Positions 55,538 through 64,000 of a stretch of DNA of 64,000 bases are shown one piece after another. Positions within the stretch are counted from its first letter, which is position 1. Every line of letters starts with the position of its first letter. Made by a program: the position numbers and the translations under genes. The notes beneath the pieces are model-generated. The model did no database searches and was not told where the DNA came from. It saw only the letters and a program-made list of their open reading frames with translations. This DNA is from Schizochytrium sp. TIO01 (Eukaryota; Protista; Bigyra: Labyrinthulomycetes). The stretch covers positions 1,960,747 through 2,024,746 of the forward strand of contig SMSO01000037.1 in assembly GCA_004764695.1 (NCBI GenBank). The letters run 5' to 3'.

Positions 55538-57703
55538 TCATGTCTTGTCAATCGTGTGTAGAGGAGTTAGGTGAATTGTATTTGAGATATCTTTGATTTC
55601 TTCGAGAATGTAAGCTAGAAAAAGCTTATGACGATCAGTCTCATCAAGGGTAGAAATGATAAATTCACGAAAATAAGGCCACGCAACGCCGACGCAGATT
55701 GCTGCCCCGAGTTGGTTCAATGGAAGATGCCAGAACCAGATATTAAGATACGGTGCACAATTAGAACACGCCCAGCTATGAAATTTTGCAGGAAAGACGT
55801 GCCGATCTTTTATCCAAGTCAAAAGATCAGAGCATGGTTCCAGGCAAGCCTTGGCTCCCATGTGTGGATCGACGCTGTTTGTGCTTGCCCATAAACGTAG
55901 AAGTTTAATGCCAGAACCTGATATAGAGTACCGAGACAATAAATCAGCTTCATGAGAAAGTTTTATCCCAGCTTTAGCAGCGTCCATTAGTTGCCTACGC
56001 AAGGAATGAGCAATCTCTCGGCGGCGGGCTTTACGTGTTATCTTGAAGCGAGCCCACAAAGTGAGTGTGCGACGCTGCATAGCACGAAGTTCGTTATACT
56101 CAGCCTGAAAAGCAGCTGTGAAATCGTTTTTGGTGGTGTAAGACTTTTGTAAGCCAGCTATTTGGATTGCCATTTCCTGACTTTCAACGTGAAACGCAGA
56201 TTCTGTTGTGGAAACAAGCTGTTCATACTTTTCCTTTGAAATTCGGAGTGCTTCCTGGCGATACTGCTTTCGAGCAGCCATACGACTGTGCAAGGCTCTT
56301 TCTTGGCGAATTGCACGCACTGCTCGTCTTCCAAGACGACCTCTTACAAGCTTTTGAATTTTTATTCGTGCTAAATATCGTGCAACGGCTTGTGAAACAA
56401 GTCTGATTGTCACTGCATGTTTCATATTTTCACGCACAGATTTGGAGATCAAGTTGAATTGTTGCCAATGTTCAAAGCAGCGCAGCTTAGTACCAGATAT
56501 AATGCGCACAGTGAAACGTCGAACAGCTCGAGCTTGCCTAGCAGCCTTGTGCCATTGATGAAGTACTTTAATAATGGTTTGGTGGGCTATTCTAGCAAGA
56601 TGTATCCGTAACTTCGCAGCTCGACGCTCAGAATTCTCTTTTACACTTTCCATGAATGAGCGAAATGCTTTACCAAGAAGCTGATTCGAAATTCTGCGCA
56701 TCAGTCTCCGAATACGTTTACTGCGGTGTCGGTATATGTCCCATGACTGAAAACACATAGATACCAGGCGAGCTTGATGTCGGTTGAATCCTTGATTAAC
56801 GTGACAAATTAATGTTTTACGAATTGCAGCTCTGCGACGTCCTATATAGCCTCGATAGAGCCTCTGACCATGAATCGCTAGTGCGAGACAAGTTGGTCGC
56901 CATCGAACCCAATACCCATTCCAGACTGATTGGATTTTTCTCGCTGCTCTGATAATCCTGCGCTGATAACGTCTTCCGGGAAGTCGTCCAAATCTCTTTT
57001 GCCCGAACGCGAATACTTGCCAATCAGGAACAGAACCATACCGATGAACCAGGACTAGAAAATCAACAAAGTCGGTGCACTCTACTGTGCACTTAAGAAC
57101 CTGTTCACTTTTTTTCTGCCGTTGCTCTTCATGCGCCATGAGAATCATCTCCATGTTTTCTGCTACTGCAGCTTCTTTGCGTCTTTGATTTCCAATTTGT
57201 CGTAGAACACGGGACATGTGCTCTGTAACCCACTCTTGCTGCCCTTTTGAAGTTTTAACCTTTTCATTCGTCTGAAAACCATTGAGAATGGTCGTTGCAG
57301 CATGATGACGAGCATCTGTCCATGTGTCTTGATAGCGTTTGGGCCCACGTATATCAAATCTCATACTTTGTGCCTTGCGTTGCGTGTTGAGCAGCGAATG
57401 TACCATAGCTACACTTGGGTTGCTTAAAGTTTGCTGAAGTTCAAGTCTTGCCTGATTTCTCCGCTGCTGAAATTGAAGTAGTAAACTTTCTCTCCATCTT
57501 GCATCAGAGCTCATACGACTGACCATCTGGGCAATGAAGCGTTCTTCCTTCGTGATCCATCGCCGTCCGTGGGTAACTTCATAGCGTTCATCCTCCAGCT
57601 GTGAAAAGAAGTCGCTATACGGATCTGTGAGAGCTGTGCCTGTCCTCGACTCTGTTGCGCTTAATGGTGGAAGTTGTGATTTTCTTGTTTCCATCGTGGC
57701 CAT
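55538..57703 (-). CDS. IQ-motif / Sfi1-like repeat (calmodulin/centrin-binding-type) protein
   Basis: 721-aa ORF; IQ-like IQSVWNGY, GQRLYRGYIGRR, IQKLVRGRLGRR; periodic F/L..W repeats (CFQSW, LHQW, CFEHW). Confidence 0.75.
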   Translation of the reverse strand: MATMETRKSQLPPLSATESRTGTALTDPYSDFFSQLEDERYEVTHGRRWITKEERFIAQMVSRMSSDARWRESLLLQFQQRRNQARLELQQTLSNPSVAMVHSLLNTQRKAQSMRFDIRGPKRYQDTWTDARHHAATTILNGFQTNEKVKTSKGQQEWVTEHMSRVLRQIGNQRRKEAAVAENMEMILMAHEEQRQKKSEQVLKCTVECTDFVDFLVLVHRYGSVPDWQVFAFGQKRFGRLPGRRYQRRIIRAARKIQSVWNGYWVRWRPTCLALAIHGQRLYRGYIGRRRAAIRKTLICHVNQGFNRHQARLVSMCFQSWDIYRHRSKRIRRLMRRISNQLLGKAFRSFMESVKENSERRAAKLRIHLARIAHQTIIKVLHQWHKAARQARAVRRFTVRIISGTKLRCFEHWQQFNLISKSVRENMKHAVTIRLVSQAVARYLARIKIQKLVRGRLGRRAVRAIRQERALHSRMAARKQYRQEALRISKEKYEQLVSTTESAFHVESQEMAIQIAGLQKSYTTKNDFTAAFQAEYNELRAMQRRTLTLWARFKITRKARRREIAHSLRRQLMDAAKAGIKLSHEADLLSRYSISGSGIKLLRLWASTNSVDPHMGAKACLEPCSDLLTWIKDRHVFPAKFHSWACSNCAPYLNIWFWHLPLNQLGAAICVGVAWPYFREFIISTLDETDRHKLFLAYILEEIKDISNTIHLTPLHTIDKT

Positions 57704-58079
57704 TCAGTCCACCAAGGAATAGTGATCAATTTGCTTGCATATCTCAGACCCAAACGCGACATAGGGCCATGAACTGCACCATGTTTACTTTCATGAAACA
57801 TTTTATTAATTTTAACTAACGCCGCATAACGGTATGCATGAGGTAACATGGGGAGCTTCACTGTGCCTATGAAAACCTTAAGACTTATATAACCTCCAAA
57901 TGTTAGTATTTATTCCATATTAAGAAAGATAAAATTATTTAGGTCTTAAATAAGAAGCGGAGGCTAGGTAAGAAAATGGCATGGTCAAGGAATCACAAAA
58001 GCTCTGAACACCACAACTGAAGCAAATCTTCAATGTAAGCTAGCAAAGTATTTCCATCAGTAGTTTGGCCTCTCGGTAA

Positions 58080-58634
58080 GTACCCGGAGGCAATCGCAAA
58101 GACACAAGTGACGATGTTGTGGCACTGGGACACATAAAAAATATAATGTTCTTTCCATTTCACTGTGCCGACAAAATCCATGGTGAACTTGCTCAAGAGA
58201 AAACATGTAAAACTGCTTTAAGATGTCCATACCTACGCATACTCCTCGAGATTGAGCACAAGACTAGCGAGATTCACTGCAAGCTTGCACTTTGGCTCTG
58301 TGAAAACTACTGTTACTGTTACCTTTAACCTAAATTTGAAACCTCTCAGATGGTCAATAAGTTAACAAGACAGATCTAAAGCAAGACAGTTCGAGAAATG
58401 TGTCTTTGGGGGAATTTTTACTTCCGCCAAGCGTTCATTCGCAAATCTGAGCTTTTCCCCTGGTGTAAACTGGTTATTTACCGAGAGGATTACACTTCAA
58501 AAACATACCATGAATGTCGTACCATCTAGCTCGGAACATCCAAGGTTTTCAAATGGCCCAAATGCAAACACGTAGCCGATCGTGATATCCACGCCGTCAG
58601 ATGCATCTTTTTGCGCTACCTGTCAGGAATGTGA
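58080..58634 (+). pseudogene. Decayed Fanzor2 / IS607-TnpB-type RNA-guided RuvC nuclease (C-terminal half)
   Basis: One frame with 3 internal stops: DDVVALG...LRCPYLRI..EIHCKLALWLCENY..L*PKFETSQMV...I*SKTVREMCLWGNFYFRQ...K..FPWCKLVI.REDYTSKTYHECRTI*LGTSKVFKWPKCKHVADRDIHAVRCIFLRYL. Confidence 0.85.
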
Positions 58635-58869
58635 TTGAAGAATTGTCTTAGCCACAGGTTAGTTTGTTTAATATTACCATAGGAAACGCAAGTTTTGCAA
58701 ACTTGATAGGTTCATTACCAATTGATCCAGATGCAATAAAAACTCTGATTACTAGGGCTACGTATACCTACAAGGAGTACCTAAGTGTAATCTTCCAATT
58801 TGCAACAAAAAAAAGAAACTTGTTGACTATCAGGAGGTATCTTGAGTATCTCTGATTACTAGAAGCCAC

Positions 58870-59358
58870 CTAACCTGGGCTTTGGACACACCTCGCGATT
58901 CGACATTGCTTCTCGATCATTTCACATAAGTTCCACCGCTTCCTGACAGAATCATGTCCTGTGCAATACGCAAGGGCATCATCTACGTCTGCATAAGCGC
59001 CCAGACACGATCCTGCATAGCTTTCTCGAGCCACTAGCGAAGAGAGCGCGAAGTCATTCAAAAGAATGCCACAGGAAAACATTCCAGACAAGTGATAGAA
59101 ACTCCCTTCGTTCTTTGCTATAGCTTCTCCCAGTTTTTCTCTCCTCTCTTCGTGCGTGAGATCTTTTGAGATAACAAACTCATCATACACTTCATCATGG
59201 ATAATGAAAGGCGCTATGACGTGTGCACCAGCAGCACGTTGTTCATCCAGCTGCTGCTGCGTGAGTATCTTCTGACCGCCGATTGTCTCCATCCTCTTTT
59301 CAGTTTTGTCCTTTTTTGTTGTTGTTGTTTGACAAATTGTCGGAGTGGTGGCCCTCAC
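58870..59358 (-). CDS. Small hypothetical protein inside the decayed island (possible start at METIGG)
   Basis: 162-codon open frame with protein-like composition; no family recognised. Confidence 0.4.
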   Translation of the reverse strand: MRATTPTICQTTTTKKDKTEKRMETIGGQKILTQQQLDEQRAAGAHVIAPFIIHDEVYDEFVISKDLTHEERREKLGEAIAKNEGSFYHLSGMFSCGILLNDFALSSLVARESYAGSCLGAYADVDDALAYCTGHDSVRKRWNLCEMIEKQCRIARCVQSPG

Positions 59359-60011
59359 ATGTTTGGAATCCCTCCTACCTTCGCATCAACAGGAGTAAAT
59401 CTCGCTGGTGAATCTATCAACCCTGCATTCGCTTCAGCAATTTTAAGTCTCTCTATAGGTGAGATAACAGCCTTTGATCATACTATCGAAAAAACTTTGC
59501 AGCATTGGGTACCACACAGCAGCGACCAACATGCTCGAACCCAGCCATTTGAAGATACTCAATCAATCGACTCCTACATAAGATGTTGAATGCTTTTGCT
59601 AATGGGTTCGATCGAAGTGATAACCCATTCAAGACATTCATCAAAATGCAAACACAGGTGCAGCTTTAAAATGCTCTAGAGGACTATGTTGGTCTTCTCG
59701 AGGTTGTTTACCATCAATGCTTCGTCAAGGTAAACTATTGCAATCCTTCAATCTTGCAGTACAGAAGATCATTGAGGAAGGAGAAAGCTCGATGCAACAA
59801 ATGAATCAGTTGTAGTAACACCAATACTGAAATCTTCCAAGAACAGACAGTTGTTACTACTAGAACTTATATGCGCCAAGTTTCTCGTTAAAAGAAAGGT
59901 GAAGCAGATGGAAACAGAGGTATTACACATGAGCACAGTACAAACAGCAGTACCGGGTTAGTCGACCCGAATGAAAACATTCATTCTGCTACATTAGATA
60001 CGAATAGAGCT

Positions 60012-61455
60012 GTGCCTATGATTAGTACAAGTATCGATGAGCTAGGGAGTGGAGATATGGGTCCACAGTTGGATGCCCCTCAACAAAATGACGAGCATGT
60101 TCAGAATGTGGATGAGTCTGAGCTCAATGTTAACGATAACCTTCAAACTACTATCAAGGGAGACTCCAGTGATACTCAAGATGATAATCCAACAGGCACG
60201 CGTGAATGGGTGCTCAAGTTGAATACAGAACTGTTTGATGCAGTGAGACAAGCGCCTAAGAGTGGAACAGGTCGTATCAAATGGCCATCTGTTTATGCCC
60301 AGAGGAGACACATAGGGCTTCCAGTCCACACAAATACTAGCGTATATCACTCCTATAATAGTTCTCTTAAGTTTAAACGCAAAAGAGATGCTCAAAAAAA
60401 CAAAAATAGCCTGCGAAACGCACGGACAGGGATTCGAGGACCCACGAAAATATGTCTTGCTCGCTCTACAGAGAAGAAACACTCAGAATTAACAGCTTGA
60501 CTGATTTGGAGGAGGAAATGGAACCTCTAGTAGCTCTTTCTAACATAGTTCCTCCCGCTGTTGATGATGAGATTGATAATAGTTTGATTTCTCAAAACAC
60601 AAAACAGAAGATAACTGCGCCTGTATCACCTGGAAAACTCAGAAAAACAGCTTCAGCATCTTTTACCAGTAGTGAAGATAAAGATAGTACACAGGATCAA
60701 CCACCTTTTCAACCTCAGAGAAATTTACATACAGAAAAGCCTGGTTGTCAAAATCTATCAATTCCAGAAAATGCTATAACTTTGCAGATGTTGGGCCAGG
60801 TGCAGCAAAGAAAAAGCCCTAGTGTGGCTATGAATAAAGGAGACGATCTTGTTTCTCTCCAAAGTCTAGATGGGAGTGATGCGGATAACAAAAGAAATGG
60901 AAATGAAGATGCACAGGATGCTGATTCGAACAAAAATATACTCAGAAGGTCTCGAAGATTGTATACATTAAGTATAGAAGAAGACAGAACCTCCGCTACT
61001 CCCAAACCAAGCGTAATTAAAAATCAAGAGTGTCGTATCGCCAGTACAAGCTCTGCACAAGGTACAAGAGACGGCGGCGACTTACAGAAGTACAAGCAGC
61101 AAATTGTTAAAACCTGTTGTACGCTTGGTGCTAAAGTGAAAAAGCTTTCTCAACAACTAACTTTGGAGACCATTGCACTCTGCGAAAAGGAACTTAAAGC
61201 TCAAGCAAACGCAACCAATACTAAACTTTAGTCCCGTCGATTTACGGACGATGAAGATCAGCTCATAAAACATATCTGGGCTGCGAATAATTTTCCATAC
61301 CGCCTCAACAAGGGAGAAATACCACTATTAAATGGAAACCCTTTAAAAAGCTTTGGTTACATTCAGTTGCTGTTCTAAAGCTCAGCAAAGAAGGTGACAA
61401 TTACTACTACCGTAACGACGAGCAGTTGAGGCAGCGCATGAAATACATCAACTAA
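60012..61455 (+). pseudogene. Disrupted gene ending in a Myb/SANT-like domain
   Basis: Overlapping ORFs 60012-60500 and 60452-61231. After TAG 61229-61231 the frame continues SRRFTDDEDQLIKHIW; after a frameshift near 61315 it reads IKWKPFKKLW...YRNDEQLRQRMKYIN*. Confidence 0.5.
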
Positions 61456-61863
61456 AGTCCAAAACAACGAAAAAAAAAAAAGAAAAGAAAGAAAGAAAGA
61501 ATATTGCCAATCTCAGCCAACGAACCTATCATGGTACCTTATATACTTCCTAGAAAATGAAAAGTCGATGTTTTAAATTAAACTCTTTTTCAGAGTTCTT
61601 CTTTTTGGGCGTCTTTTATCAAGAATTAGCCAGGGCTCAAATCGCGCGGGGCGGCGCGGCCAAACATTTAACCTACTTTCTCCCTCAGGGAGAAAATTAA
61701 AAGAAAAATAAAAGCAATTTCTAATAAAAAGATTTACCTACTTTTGCCCCATCTAAGACCCCTATCTACCTAGCAGCACCTAACTGGAAACATAACTTGA
61801 AAAGGATCAAGCGATCATTGGAGGTCAAAACGCTCTCCCCATCGTCGCGGAATCGCTGCGTGA

Positions 61864-63021
61864 ATGTCTTTCCGCGCTGGCAAAGGCTCATCTTCGAAGC
61901 CTTCTGGGAAAATGTACGCTGTGCGAAAGGGCCGCGCCACAGGTCTTTTCCGGACTTGGGCAGAGTGCGAGGCCCAGGTCAAGGGGTTCTCTGGAGCACA
62001 GTTCAAGAGCTTTACAACCGAGCCTGCCGCCAAAGCTTACCTCGGACTCTCACAAGGAGGTTCTGAAGTCACATCTGCACAAAAAACTCCTGTGGAAGGC
62101 TTTGCTAAAACAAAGGCAACCTTGCCAGTCACAAGTTTGGGTGCAAATCCCATTAAAGATCAAGCAATCTTGAGCGCGAAGGTGCCGCGATTCTATACTG
62201 GCAGATCAGGGTTTTCGACAATTACGAACTCTATTTCTTCTTCCTCTTCTTCTGTGCCTTCCCCATTAACCTCTTCAAGCTCGGCTTCACGTTTCTCGGG
62301 GCAGAATAAAACATCTAACCGCAAGACAGGCGGCGGCACGCGGGGTGGCGGCGCTCGGAAAAGCTCTGGTGCTAAGAACAAGGGTCCACAGATGACTGTG
62401 GAGGACATCAAAGATGGCTCGCTGGTAGTCTACTCAGATGGTTCTTGCTTGGGCAATTATAATGTAAAGGAGACGAAACCCCCAGCAGGTTGGGGTTTCC
62501 TCGTGCTCCGGTGGAATCTCTCTAGCACACATGAGCTTCTTCACGAAGCGTTTGGACCTGTCGTGCTTGATCCGGCAAAATCAGGCTATATTGGTGCAGA
62601 GGTATTTTCAAACAATACAGCAGAGTTAACGGCTATTGCCAAGGCTTTGGATTACATTCATGACCTACCAGTCCCTAGCACTGGTGCAGAGCCTGTAATC
62701 GTACGCTACGACTCCGAGTATGCGGCGAAGTCGGTGATGGGATTGTTTAATGGTGCAAAAAACAGGGATCTCATTCTCAAATGCCGCGAGGCACTCGCAC
62801 GAGCGCGCATAGTTCGGCAAGTTGATTTTATTCACGTGCGTGGTCATAGTGCAGAGCAATATAACGATCGCGTTGATGAACTGGCAAAAATGGGTGCAGC
62901 GATGTGTGCTGAAGAACGGGCTGTTGGAAAGCAAACCAATACGGCATCCACACCAGGCACTAAACGCGGACGAGAAGCTAGCCCACCTCGCTCCAATACA
63001 CGTAAGAAGAAGTCAACCTAA
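61864..63021 (+). CDS. RNASEH1: Ribonuclease H1 (N-terminal hybrid-binding domain plus RNase H domain)
   Basis: MYAVRKGRATGLFRTWAECEAQVKGFSGAQFKSF; VYSDGSC, SNNTAEL, YDSEY, HVRGHS, NDRVDELA. Confidence 0.92.
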   Translation: MSFRAGKGSSSKPSGKMYAVRKGRATGLFRTWAECEAQVKGFSGAQFKSFTTEPAAKAYLGLSQGGSEVTSAQKTPVEGFAKTKATLPVTSLGANPIKDQAILSAKVPRFYTGRSGFSTITNSISSSSSSVPSPLTSSSSASRFSGQNKTSNRKTGGGTRGGGARKSSGAKNKGPQMTVEDIKDGSLVVYSDGSCLGNYNVKETKPPAGWGFLVLRWNLSSTHELLHEAFGPVVLDPAKSGYIGAEVFSNNTAELTAIAKALDYIHDLPVPSTGAEPVIVRYDSEYAAKSVMGLFNGAKNRDLILKCREALARARIVRQVDFIHVRGHSAEQYNDRVDELAKMGAAMCAEERAVGKQTNTASTPGTKRGREASPPRSNTRKKKST

Positions 63022-63090
63022 TGGATGCATTTCTGGACTCTTTGCTCAGGAACGAAGAGCAGATAGTACTTGGGAAGCTGGATCAAATCG

Positions 63091-64000
63091 TTAAGACGGC
63101 GCGGAACCCGGAGACGCATTTACCTTTGCCTTGGGAAGGTTTAGTAAAAACTCAACAAACGAAATAAACTCCGAGGCGGTTGCGTCATCGCACATGATAT
63201 CTTCGTTGCAGGCTTTACGCCAGGCTGAAGTGGAGATGGTGTCTTTCCATGATTGCGTGCATCCCTCTGAGAAGGGCACGATTGCGTGATGTACGTGGCG
63301 AATAGCCGTCCACGACTTTAGTGCAGCCAATTGCGGAAGCAAATAGCTTGCGAGAAGCAGCTGAGCGTTCCTGTCGTAGCAGTCAATCTCGACATTTTGT
63401 GCCCATGAGCGAATTGTTTGATCACGGTGGAGATGGTTTTGGTGTTTTGGTGTAATCTGCAATAAGAATTTTTCAGGTCCTTCCATGATTGTATCTCTAT
63501 ATTCTGCATATTTTATGGCATAGGCTCTTAGCCCAGCCGAGCCTGCGCGACCCCACTGTTGTGAGAAGTCTTCAAGTGCTGCAAGAGAACTTAAGCAAGC
63601 TATGACCTCGATGAAAGGATGTTCAATTAAAGGATCTACAAACACATGCGTCAATTCGTGAGCAAGTTGGTAAACAATTTGATTGAATCTTCTGGAGCGC
63701 AAACATGTCAACGCCACTGCATAGTTTTCTGGAAGATGATTCGTCACAGCACGTGGAACGTTGTCCTGGAGCAGCACACATCGTTTCCATCCCAAAGTAG
63801 GTCCCTCCTATAGATCCATCCTCCTCAAAGCGCATGAAAAGTTCCCATCGTAACGAAGCCAAGTACACAATCATCGTTAGCCATTTACTGTTTCTGTAGT
63901 AGTTGGAATTACATCGATACATCCTTTCCGTATTGTCTGGGAAAGCACAAAAGGGCGACGGTGTTATTTGGTTCACTCACCTGCATCTTGGCCACCATCC
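63091..64000 (-). CDS. HExxH (IrrE/ImmA-like zincin) putative metallopeptidase; exon 63091-63807, intron 63808-63980, upstream exon reaching the window edge
   Basis: YQLAHELTH followed by FIEVIACLSSL; GTGAGT donor at 63980, GCTAAC branch site and TATAG acceptor give the in-frame join MVAKMQ|EGPTLGWKR. Confidence 0.65.

Overview
Eukaryotic nuclear DNA: gene-dense, mostly intronless genes with a few short GT-AG introns and AT-rich, microsatellite-bearing spacers. By inference it is a flagellated stramenopile-type protist such as a thraustochytrid; this is not proven from the sequence. Recognisable genes are a DUF4336 protein, a flavin monoamine oxidase, an LCM-family methyltransferase, proteasome activator PA28, CAPZB, a nitronate monooxygenase-like enzyme, spliced IFT27, a TM-anchored TTL-like ATP-grasp protein, a mucin/TGN38-like repeat protein, a C2/EF-hand/SPRY protein, a phytase-like esterase, a PDZ/ZZ/Tudor protein, ABCB7/ATM1, spliced DUF445, an IQ/Sfi1-like protein, RNase H1 and an HExxH protein. 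The main hidden signal is largely missed by the ORF track: a decayed Fanzor2/IS607-TnpB-type RNA-guided nuclease gene at about 58080-58634 (+). It is readable in one frame through three stops, has a candidate omega-RNA region downstream, and lies in a ~3.5 kb island of decayed ORFs ending in a Myb/SANT-like domain. A second foreign-looking island at ~7.4-8.8 kb holds a frameshifted virus-like AntA/MSV199-type gene and a kinase remnant. No tRNA, rRNA or CRISPR array was recognised.
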